Shown: one piece after another, positions 1-11,000 of the stretch
How the letters are laid out: the number at the start of each line of letters is the position of its first letter
Position numbering within the stretch: the stretch's first letter is position 1
Assembly (NCBI GenBank): GCA_051362555.1
Contig: CM120645.1
Span: forward strand, 11,284,001 to 11,348,000
Direction: 5' to 3'
DNA: 64,000 nt
Source: Lingula anatina
Taxonomy: Eukaryota > Animalia > Brachiopoda
Made by a program: the position numbers and the translations under genes
The notes under the pieces: model-generated
The model's database searches: none
Told to the model about the DNA's origin: nothing
Seen by the model: the letters and a program-made list of their open reading frames with translations, nothing else

Positions 1-262
1 CCACTTATCGTGTTATCGGTGCTGCATATATGCTGAAAAAAGTGAAAAAACAGCATAAATTCCCTAAAAGTGACCCGATCATGCTGATTTTCGAACTAGA
101 CCTGCGTATTATGAATATTCATCAGTTCTGCAAGTTTCAAGTCAAAAGGTAAAATGGTTTTCCACTTATCGTGTTATCGGTAAAAGTGCACGGCGACGAC
201 GACGGCGACGACAGACGCAGATGATGGCTATATGTACAGACACATCTGTGTCTGTACATAAA
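1..262. repeat. Fragment of an interspersed repeat with an internal 20-bp direct repeat
   Basis: CCACTTATCGTGTTATCGGT occurs at 1-20 and 162-181, followed by a (GAC/GGC)n tract and the imperfect hairpin TGTACAGACACA-TC-TGTGTCTGTACA near 232-259. This resembles the end of a non-autonomous element and is truncated by the window edge. Confidence 0.45.
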
Positions 263-520
263 AAATTCATTTTTCATTCAAAAGTTGTATGGAAAGAGTC
301 TTACTACTCAAAATCTAGCTTAGGTTCTCTCTACTGTTTTACTGTTTACCTTAGCAGAAACTAGTCGAGACTTTAAACAAGCTACTTACCGATGCCGGAT
401 CACTTCAGTTGATTAAAATGGCTCTTGACGAGTAAATGGAATAGATATGCTACTCCTTATAATTTTTATAAAAGCATGAAAGCACACAACCCCAACACAA
501 ACACGACATTAAAAACTTAC

Positions 521-1681
521 CGTTTGAGCAGTTTCTACCTTCATATCCTAAAGAGCAGAGACACGTGTAGTTGTTTACACCTTCTATGCACGTGGCGCCG
601 TTGTCACATGGGGCAAAACGCTCGCATTCGTTAATATCTGAAAAGTTGTAAATTATTAAATTTATCTTTTTAAATTTAATCATTCAATTCCTCTCCAAAA
701 TGACTATGAAGGAGAGGCAGTAATTATAACAGTTAACTGGTATAATTATTGGAAACTTGAGAGAGTAAATTAAGTTATACCCAATTTACTGATGTGAAAA
801 AACAAAGGAATATCTTCGCAGACTTTTTTCTCTTTACTATTATTATTAGGATTCCCCATAGGGGAATGCTATTGTTTTTGGTAGTATTATTATTATAGTT
901 ATTCTTTCCGCACGTTTTTTTTCGCAAAAAATCTGAAATAATTTACATAGGTAGCCTGTGGTAAGAATATGCCATAGACCCAGTTTCAGTGACCTTGACC
1001 TACTTTTCAAGGTCACAGGAGCTTTTAAAGGCAAAATTTGTAAAATTTGAAATTGCCATTAGGCCTAAAGTATAAGCCATATGGCTAAGGGGCTTATGGC
1101 CAATAATACTGAGACAAATCTACAGATAATGACCTACTTTTATGCAAGTAGGTCAAGGTCAAGGTCGCTAATGGCCAAACGGGCTAAAAAAAGGTTTGTT
1201 TCCGAGATCTCAAAAACCGGAAGGCCCAGAGCCCCGATCATAGTGGCAAATGATGCCCTATATATTTATCTAAGGTTAGCCATACTATGGTAGCAACTGC
1301 CTAATTACTTTTTTTAATATATATTTTTTAATATTTATGACATTGCAGAAATCTTGAGTTTGGCAATTTCTCCATGAAACACTGGTTTTTGGTCATGGCA
1401 TGCTATAGTAAACTACCCCAAACATATACCCAAAACCTCTGAATCAAATGTCAAATTTGACCTTGACCCTCATTTTCAAGGTCATTCGGCTATTTAATGG
1501 AGAAATATTGAAGTGGGCTAAAAGTGATGTTTTGTTGCCCCCCCCCCCCCCCAATTCGCACATGCTCTTTCAGAATATGGGGTCAAATTTAACTTATGAC
1601 CTTCACATGACCTTGTAAGAGCATTTCCACGCCTATTTGCAGGGGAATCCTCCGCCACTGGCTTTAGCCAGTTGCAGTCTA

Positions 1682-1740
<59 letters not shown>

Positions 1741-4700
1741 GAATTGGCTTGAATGAGCTACGTGTAGTAGGCCTATGAAAGGAATACCCAACAGATGTCT
1801 CGCGATGGAATCTCGACAAAATTATGGGTGTCTAGTGCGCGTATTTATGTTTCTTTTCTTACTATTGTCAATTGAACACATAGAAAAGGAAAATGAGAGT
1901 TCCAAAAACGGATTTAACTGTCTGGAGTCAAACATACGATCCACTGGATCATGTACTTAATCCTTTCCGAAAATAATTCAAAATTGATACCAATGAAATG
2001 CACGCATTTTTTCTGTTGCAAATCACCTACATGTAAAACACGTACTGTTAGCATCGATGCCTAGTTCAAAACACCCTTTCATGGTCCATTTGCGTGCATA
2101 CCTAACTACGGCGACGGCGCCATAAAGAATTTTAACACTCCAAAACCTAGTCACGAATCATGTCAATAATATGTAAAAAAAAAAAATACATACCATGTGC
2201 GCACGTGATGCCCTCATAGCCGTCAACACACATGCACGTGAAGTTAGCAGCGTCGTCTATACACGTGCCGTTATTGTCGCACGGGGAACTGTCACACTCA
2301 TTAATCTCTGTTTAATCAAAGCAAGTCAATTTTTAAAGTTGCATTTGGCTTCCCATGTAAGTAATCTATAATTTGTTAATAAATGCTTTTCTTTTGTTTT
2401 TCTTTGCTTTTGTTTGTTATTTTGTTTCTTCTCTTTATAGTTTAATCAATATCATAGAAAAGAATTTGCATGGTATCTATCATTTTAGTAGCATACTAAT
2501 ATATTTCGAAAATCGCAAAAAATATAGTTGAGGAAAATGAGAATTCGTACCTATCGTTGTTGGAATTACATCCGTCGTTACATCTACTGGTACGGTGCTG
2601 ATATTGAAGCTTCCTTCCACTGAAAGAAAATGCTCTCTTTAAATTAAGTATGAAAATCTAAATAGATTTACGAATGGTTGAATATGTTAATTAGTAAAAA
2701 ACGCATTGGTGAATAGAAGAAAAAGCTCATGTACCAACAAGCAAGTGAATAAATAGAACAACCACAAAAATAGATAAACAGGCACAAATTAATATTTTCA
2801 ACGCTTTATACGTTTTATCGTGAGTTTGTATCACTCTATCCATTGTCTAACCTGCTGTTATGTTTACAATTTCCGTAGTTAAATCACGTTTATATGTCCT
2901 TCCATCCGTAGTGTACAGCGTGGAGCTTGAATCTGTCGTCAAACCTTTCACCTTTGACCCCGCGGTGTCAGGTGTCACTGTGTCCGCAGTCGTTAACGTC
3001 TCAGACCCGATGGTCGTGGAACTTTTTGTAGTGACATCATCGTCAGTGATATTAGGGTAGTCTGTACTGGTGAGGCCTATACGTGGAATGTAAAAGTATA
3101 GAGACTAGTTTTGACAAAATTTAAATGAAAAAGCACTACAATTTCAGGTAGTGGTCGAAGTAACCTGATAGATTATCAGAAGAAGAAAAAGAGAGAGCTA
3201 TAATACTGTATGCTGCCACGAATTTTAGACTGCAACGTGAGCAAAGGTAATAACCGGATTTTTGATTTTTCTTTTTTTCTTTCTTTCTTTCTTTTTTTTT
3301 TTTTTTTTTTTGGAGGGGGGTCTGGATAGGGCAGTTTATGTTTCTGATCATGAATAACGAATAACGACTGAACAGTTGTTAAAACAATTGCATAAACCAA
3401 AACACATTAATGGCATCGTCAAATTGCAGGCAAAGCTAAGGCAAATTTTAAGTCACAATATACCCTAAGATTACACCGACGTACCTTGGCCCGCTGCTGT
3501 CGTCTGCTGTGGTGACGTCACTGCTGTCGTCTGCTGTGCTGACGTCACTTCTGTTGCCTGCTGTGTTGACGTCACTGCTGTCGTCTGCTGTGGTGGCGTC
3601 ACTGCTGTCGTCTGCCGTGGTGACGTTACTTGTGACGTCTGTTGTGGTGACGTCACTGGTGACGTCTGCTGTGGTGATGTCAAGCTGCTGGGTAAGATGG
3701 AAGTTAACCCCTCTTCTACTGTGGAGTCTCCCGGTCCCTCTGTAAACGTACTTAAGGCTGTAGAGCCGCTGGCATACTTTGTAGAAATACTGCCCTGGCT
3801 GAAAAACTCGTTAGTCTCAGTTGAGTGGGATTGATCATGGGATTGATGTGCGTCGGCTGTGGTGGTTAAAGAAATACCAGTAGTTTCCATTTGGCGATAT
3901 GTACTGTACTGCTCCGTTGTTTGTTCGGCGTCATTCCTTCCCGTTGTTATCACGCCATTGCTGGCAGTGGACAGACCCGCCGTGCCGCTCGTTACGCTGT
4001 TTACGTATGCTGCGGTGCCGCTGTCCGCGGAGCCTGACGGAGAAGCGTCGTTTTGGTCAGTGAAACCTGTGGCAGAGATAGAGCTACTTGGCGAATATCT
4101 CGTCGTCGTCCAGTCATCGGACGGGGATGTCTCGTCTGGATCTGATGTTCCTCCGACAGCTGTTTGAAGCTCATTATTTGTAGGCGTGTTTCCAGCAGAA
4201 GTTTCTGCCTCTGTTCTCGATACAGATGAAGTTTTTAACGCAGACGTTTGTAAATCAGCAGTAGGAAGCAATGTTAATGCATTATCTTCTGTAACAGTGA
4301 TTTCTGAATCTTGTTGTTTTGCTGTGGGTGGTACAGTTGGTTTGAACTGACCTGCGCCTACTCCGTCCGTTTCAGATTGCGTTGTTGTCGACATTTCCCC
4401 ATCATGAAAACCAATTGTGTTGGTTGAGATTACCGCACCGTCAAGGCTGATTGTGCTAGATGTGACAGGTTCCCCTCCAGATTCCATTGTGCTGCTATTT
4501 AACTCTCCATCATTGTTAATTGTCACATTTGTAACTGAGCCGCCGCCCGAATTGATCAAGGATGTGGTGCCTTCGTTGGTTACCAACGTTGTTTTTGTCA
4601 CAGATAACTCATCAATTTTATATAAACGTGTGCCCTTTTCTACCTCCGTTGATAACGGTACCGGATTTTTCTCTGTATTTAAGTCATCATTATCGGTATT

Positions 4701-4859
4701 TATCTCTTCAGACATCGTCACGCTTTCCCCCGTTGATGTTATTATACTCTCCTCGGTGCTAAATGCGTTTGTAATCTCTTCCTTTGCCGTCATCTGTGCT
4801 CGGCAGAGTTGTGCGTCAAGCAAGCAGTACCCAAGAATAAGATAGGCAAGGTGTTTCAT
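521..4859 (-). CDS. Secreted or cell-surface mucin-like protein with calcium-binding EGF repeats (5' part; gene likely continues leftwards)
   Basis: Exons with GT-AG ends and consistent phase 1: 4859-3485 (signal peptide MKHLAYLILGYCLLDAQLCRA + S/T-rich stalk), 3076-2852, 2619-2551, 2307-2194 (EINECDSSPCDNNGTCIDDAANFTCMCVDGYEGITCAH, 114 nt) and 637-521 (DINECERFAPCDNGATCIEGVNNYTCLCSLGYEGRNCSN, 117 nt). These are typical phase 1-1 cbEGF exons. Confidence 0.85.
846..1684. mobile_element. Non-autonomous Helentron/HINE-like element
   Basis: Subterminal inverted repeats AGGATTCCCC (848-857) and GGGGAATCCT (1642-1651). A short internal inverted copy GGGGAAT (861-867) is followed by a TAT microsatellite. 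Internal TGACCTTGACC/AAGGTCA arrays are present. A 3' hairpin ACTGGCT-TT-AGCCAGT (1657-1672) precedes CTAGTT. It lies in T-rich flanks with no TSD. Confidence 0.7.
1683..1737. repeat. (TTA)n microsatellite
   Basis: Pure TTA run directly after the HINE-like element end. Confidence 0.95.
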
Positions 4860-5040
4860 CTGAAAATAAATATTTATGGTGAACCTTTGCTCTTCTTCAA
4901 AGCTTTTTTAAAACCTGTTTTATTCTGTTCACTTATTTATTTATTTATTTATTATTTTTGCGGGTGGGTGGGTGGATGGATGGTGACCAATTCATTAAAT
5001 GTACAAAACGTAAAATGATCTAGAATGCTTACTTCTCCAT
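3165..5040 (-). CDS. Alternative short N-terminus of the mucin-EGF gene (exons 5040-5033 and 3229-3165)
   Basis: ATG GAG AA|gtaagc (5040-5033, phase 2) joins ttgcag|T CTA AAA TTC... TCA G|gttact (3229-3165) to give MENLKFVAAYSIIALSFSSSDNLSG. This is signal-peptide-like and exits in phase 1, compatible with exon 3076-2852. Confidence 0.5.
3495..3685 (-). repeat. 27-bp coding tandem repeat (TSPQQTTAV-like units) in the mucin stalk
   Basis: About seven degenerate copies of GTGGTGACGTCACTGCTGTCGTCTGCT on the + strand. Confidence 0.9.
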
Positions 5041-7956
5041 GGATTGATTAAAGAATTTTAAAACGGTCCTTTTAAAAGCAATCAGGAATAGGATAAGAAA
5101 AAGATATTGCAAAGCACATTAGTGCGTGAATTTCCTGACCCTGGCAAATCTATAATTCTCACACGATGATCTTTTTGCATGTTCACTCGCTAACCTTCCA
5201 GACAGTGGAAGGTGTTAAGGGTTTTCAAACTGCAATAATCTCATCAAATCTCCCTGGGTCAATTCCCTGTCGAGCCTTACCTGACACTTGGTCTTGTTAA
5301 TTTTCTTGTAGTCATGTCAGTTATGAACGTAACATGTACGCGCACATAAATACTATTCAATACATTTCTCAATTCATTTTTTGGGGTGTTAAGTTATTTG
5401 ATAATACTGAGTGCAGAATAATTATTTATTCATGAACACGTGTATAATGCAAAGTAAAAACTCGTGTTCCAACGTCGTCCATAAGGTCCCAGGATATACA
5501 GTGCCAACGGCAAAACAAACTCATCGTTTGTCTCTCTATACTTTATTACATTACATTACATAAACCTATGTATAGCTCATGGTGAATTATGACAATAGCT
5601 TATAATTATGACCAGACGAGTTAAGAGACAAAATGCCTTACCTAAAATGAAGGTAAAATACTTGTAAATAATATTTAGCCTCTTGTTTTCCTATTTGGTT
5701 AAAGTGAGGTATTTCTTTCTGCTAAAAGTTTCTTATAACACACGGTAAAGTGATACGTTATGATCTTGGGCGGTGTCACAAACAGGAAAATTACACTCAC
5801 GTATGTCCGGCAAATTGTTTTCTATGGTGCAATGAAATAGAGGAAATAATTTTGGGGGCGTCTTTTCTCTCTTTGACAGATTTGTTAATTTGTGACGGTA
5901 AAAAAAATTCAATGGTCCCGAAAAATGCAATGCAACGTTAAATACATATAGAGTTGTCAAAATCCACATTTCTCTAGCTTGAATAGTTTTAAGACGTAAC
6001 TTTGCTAAACAGCAGTGGCTATGACCGGGATAAATGAAACATCAGTTTGGTGAATTTTTTTATCCAGACAACCTGGTGAGATGGGTTGTCCAAAATAAGA
6101 TCGACCTCTTTCACCAATTCCATTGTGTCAGTAATGGTATTCCCAGGAATGGAAGCCTGGGGTCCCATATGATTAGTAACGGTTAGGGTTATCGAGGGAT
6201 ATCGGGGTTAGTAGGCCTATATGGAACGAATGGCCTCTGTACAGAGTAATGGAAAACGGTCAACTTGTACTAGCGGACTGTCACATGGGCATTCAGTACA
6301 ATTTTACCTTAACACCACAAGCAGCCGGTCAAAACAATTTAGTTTGAAGAACCACATCTGTCGATCAAACCAGAACTACTGGCAGCATGTGGGCAGATTG
6401 TATTTAATTTTTCTCATGTACTCAGACCCAATCATTGTGGATTATTAAAAAAGTACCCACTTGTAATGTATTTGATAAATACCAAGTGGTGCGCAATTCA
6501 TAATGTCACAGAAAGGTCTCACCAATTGGCGAAAACATCAATAATAGAGTGTCAAAACGAAGACAAAGTACTATTTGATTCATGGTTCTTGGAAACAATA
6601 GATCGGTACAGAAACTTGACAATTCATTTAAGCTTAGACGGCGGGTGAAGGCGATTAACAATGCAATTAATGACGCACGCAAATTCTGTGGTTTGTTTTT
6701 AAAAATAATCTTCGTTGTTTTGAGTGCGCTGCTGTGAACCGTGCGCTCTGCTCGTCTCCGTTCCGTGAGCAAATGTCAAAGTGCTTTTCAAGAAGTGAGG
6801 TAAGACAGATAGCGAGCGCATTATCCTATTCATTACACCTATCACGAACAATTACACTGTGAACGGTAGAATGGATAAGAAGCAGTACATAATGCGTGGT
6901 TCATGTGTTTAGTGTGTGTGTGTGTGCGTGTGCGTGTGCCTATAATGGGATTGCAAGAGGGTATACATGAAAAACAACATGGCTGAAAGCGACCATGTAC
7001 ATCTGCCACTGTTTTTCAATCATCTGAAAAGGAAGTTTTCATTACAAAGCACGCCATTAAACAAATGGTAACTTAAAGTACTTAGAATAAAGTACACGGT
7101 GTCTCGCCAATGTGTGCAGGTCATAATAGATATTGACCGGAGAAGATTAACTTACCTTTCTGTCAATTACATTCATAACGCCTTAATTGTCCCTCAATTA
7201 AGACAATCTCCTGAACTTTCTGGAAAACGACAACTGTCGGCTAACCACGAAGATTTCCGTGGGTGACGCGATGAGATATTCTGGCTAATGGCGGAGAAGG
7301 ATGACGCACCAGATGAACGTCTTTTTGTATAAAGTGTGCATTCTCCACCTGCACTGGGTTCTCTTGCAACGTTTGTGGCCTTTGCTGGCCCGCAGATTTG
7401 GAATCCTGCACCATCGATTCTTTTATGCATGCTTCAAATTAATTTGTCTTGATGATAGACGTGGGCAGTGGGAATATAGCGGGGATGCCGGCCCGGTTGG
7501 ACGCACAAGAGACACGCAAATCTCTCATTATTTCATTCTATCGGCCTTGTTTCAGTTCTCAAAATGCGAACACTCAGTGTTTAGCATGTGGCACGTAGCA
7601 AAAATATAACGACGACAGGGGACATCATTTTAATTTAAAGATAAAATAAAAATTCTTGGAAAGAATCAGGGATGGCATGGAAACTGTGCACTGTATCGCC
7701 ACCCTCTTTCTTGTAATAATGAAACTTGCAGTGCGCTGTACGGAGGCTCAGTGCAAGATACTCCGAGTATCAGACTCTTCATTCACTTTACCTTTAATCC
7801 TCCACTGTGCAAGGGTACCATTAATATCACCCATTTTAATTTATTCTACCATCATCGTATTTGAGGCAATCAGTCTCACATATAGCTATGCACGTGCAAA
7901 CCTGTCGCGTGCTCTCACCAGTCAATTGCCTGAATTATATAGTGTTATGTTGGTCC

Positions 7957-7992
7957 GTGTGTGTGTGTGTGTGTGTGTGTGCACGTTTTTTT

Positions 7993-8025
<33 letters not shown>
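7957..8025. repeat. Compound (GT)n / poly-T microsatellite
   Basis: Two GT runs separated by GCAC and a T-run. Confidence 0.9.
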
Positions 8026-8027
<2 letters not shown>

Positions 8028-11000
8028 TGGATTGGTTGGTGTAAGGGTGCGCGTTCTTGTAAAATCATATTCATGAAGTAGAGCACAGCGAGGCGAAACT
8101 TGTTTTCTAACGAAGCCACCCACTCCCATTGTGTTACCTTTGTCCCCCCCCCCCCATCATTTTTGGTGATACATGAAGGGGGTTCCTTATTCAACATCTT
8201 GACATTCAAGGTGGCATCATTTGATTACTGTTCGATTATATTTCCTGGTCTAAGGCATTCTTTTTATATTATCTCCCGTCGTCATCGTTTATCTATTTAG
8301 TCTCGACACAGATATTGTTTCTCTTTAATTGCCGGCGGTAATCGTAACTTTTGTTCCGGTGACAGATAATTTCCAGACAGACGCATGTGGAATGTACATA
8401 TTTAATAGAATGTGCGTAACCAGATTTCTGTGGCTACAGACTCAGTTCTTAAAGTTCTACTTCTTCCGGACAAACATACATCATTTTTCATGAATTGTAT
8501 TGAATGAAATAATGTGAAATGTTTTTCTTTCTTCTTTTTAGAGTATCTTAATGACATAGGGAATACTTGTAGTATTGTGAAATTTATATCGTTTTTACTT
8601 ACAATGCGATAGGAGTGACTTGAGTTTTACTTTTCTACACAAAAACAACAAGGATTTAAATTGTATCCTGTTCAACACCAGCCTCTGCATATTGAAGGGT
8701 TAGTAAAATATATAAGCATCTAGGTAGCTTCTCTTTTATTTAGAACCACGCCTGTACCAGTAGCAGCCACCCACAATTGACATATAAGCTAGATCAAATT
8801 TGATTCGGGGCGGATTTTTTCCTGCCTAAATGGCCTTTCATTTGACCCCCCCCCCCCTCCCCCCCCAGCACCCCACCCGCTCCTTTGGCCCTGATATTGA
8901 TAATACTATAATACCAGGGTAGTACGAACTATGAAAATATAACAACTCGTTGTGCACAGAGTCCGTTGCAGACCGGTCGTTAAGACCTTTAAGAAAGTAG
9001 GCTTAGATAGAGGATAATTGAGAGATACTTGGTAAAATATTAAAGGCTTATCTCTGTCAGATAGAGGTGATTTATAGAGACCCATTATCTTCAGTAAAGG
9101 CAACATAAAAGCATCTGCATACGAGAGATACTATCATCTCAATTATTGCTAAAAAATAACAAGCAGTTTTCCCATGATGTAAGCATATTTCAGTGTCTTG
9201 CGTAAACGTTTTTATGCTCATATCAATGTCATTTTCACATTCATCAATTTCCCGTGGTATAACTGCCATTTGACATGTGAACATGCCTTTTCACTTATAT
9301 ATTAGAATAATTTCATACTCCAAGTTGTTGTATAGCATTAATCAAATTGTTTCCCGTGTGGTGGAAATTCTAATAATCAGCATCAGGTAATATCACGTTG
9401 ATTTAACCCATATCATTTCCAACGTCATTTCGCACTTCAAAATCCGCTAAACGTTTTCTGCCGAGCGTGCCCGAGTTAAATGTACGGAAGCAGCCGAGGT
9501 TTGTCGAGTGATCAGGAAGGTGTATACTAAAACGTGTGCAGATTGGTTTTCAACTTTGAACATAGCAAATCATTAAAAAAACAATTCCTTTAACTTCTTA
9601 CGCTAGAATTGAGATCCAAACTTGAAATTAAAAAAGATTAAACAGTTTTGAAAGTATTTTCCGATTAGAGAATCACTTAAGTTAACCAATATCGTTCATT
9701 GCCTGTTTTTGTAATCTTTCACTAATTTATTTAGTGTTGATTAATTGTTTTTTTTTTCCATGTTAAAAAAGAAGCTATACAAGGAAAAATGGTTTGTCAA
9801 ATGTTGCTTTAATAAAAAAAGGCAAGCTTGCAGACATTTGCAATTGTGCTTATCAATAAAACAAAATGAACGAATGTGACGCATGCCCCAACACTTGATG
9901 CCTATTTCCGCCGCCCTGATTAAGTATAGCTCTATATTACTTATGTTTCTCGTTAAAATGATCCTGCATGGACTTCTTCAGGAAATATGTCAGGTAAACA
10001 TTAAAATGTAGGGTATATCATCGTCACGCCAGCCGAAAATGAGAGATTAACTCACGAAATAGACCTCTTATTATAGACACCGTTGGACAAGCGTCTGGAA
10101 GCCTCATTTTCACCATCTAATGAGTTAACTAATTCTTGGGAAAATCGAAACATGGAGAAAAAAGTTGACGATGAAACTAAAAAATTACTCAAGCTTCTCA
10201 GATTGAGGGCCATGGGGAAGATTAATTTTAAATTTACCATGTTTTAACCATTAATAAATAAAGTTAAATAAACAAATAAACTAAATTGCACAAATCATGA
10301 AATCACAAATCAAATATCCTCTCTTTTGTTGTTTTCGCATATGATGTTGAGATGAGCCAAGATGAAACAAGAAAGACTGCTCATATAAATAGACGTACAA
10401 GCCTCAAGTTGTGGCACGACGTACGTAAATACTAAGTATGTTTTGTTTCGCGGCCGCTGGGTCTGAAAAACGGAATAAGAAAGTTTACATGTTGTAGGCG
10501 AGGAAATGAGTTTCTAAGGATCGGAGATCATAAAACGCATTTCCGCGGAGCATGGTCCCACGCTGTCACCCGCGGGAATAGACGAAGTATCCGCGCCGCA
10601 TTATTAAAGTCATGAATCTTTCAAAAATTATAGATAATACAGAAATAACTAGAATAAAGTCCTTATCTCTCCATGCAATACGGCGCCTTCTTTTGTAAGG
10701 CAAAGGCGTGTCATTCTCGTTATGAAATTAATTTTTAACGCCATCAATCCTTTGGTTACATTGTACCTAAGGGTATTTGAGACCCTCGGGGGGAGAGAGA
10801 GAGACAAAGAGGGGGAGTCAATGTATTTTGGTAGTTATAGTTACCGTAGAAGTACACGATGTCTTATTGTACTTGTGCATGTATGCGCCAAATCCGATAC
10901 CGTATACGTCAATCTAGTTATCGTTATACTGGATATGACACTGGACACTTATCACGACACCGAGAATGATTAATTAAGTTGACAGGAGAGAGGTTCTTCA

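Noticed and set aside
390-450. Possible further minus-strand exon of the mucin-EGF gene (strong donor GTAAGT at 389)
   Set aside because: Every nearby acceptor tried in phase 1 hits a stop codon before the donor; unresolved.
3495-3685. Regular 27-bp repeats superficially like a CRISPR array, with many TGACGTCA motifs
   Set aside because: No unique spacers or cas genes. These are in-frame coding repeats in a eukaryotic mucin exon, and the CRE matches come from Val-Thr-Ser codons.
2860-4845. Plus-strand Val/Ser-rich ORFs (2860, 3509, 3859, 4417)
   Set aside because: Antisense shadows of Thr-rich mucin codons.
7195-7455. Possible MITE bounded by ATTAAGACAA / TTGTCTTGAT
   Set aside because: The inverted match is short and AT-rich with no clear TSD.
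7656-8209. ORFs with VCVC/HTHT runs
   Set aside because: Translations of a GT microsatellite.
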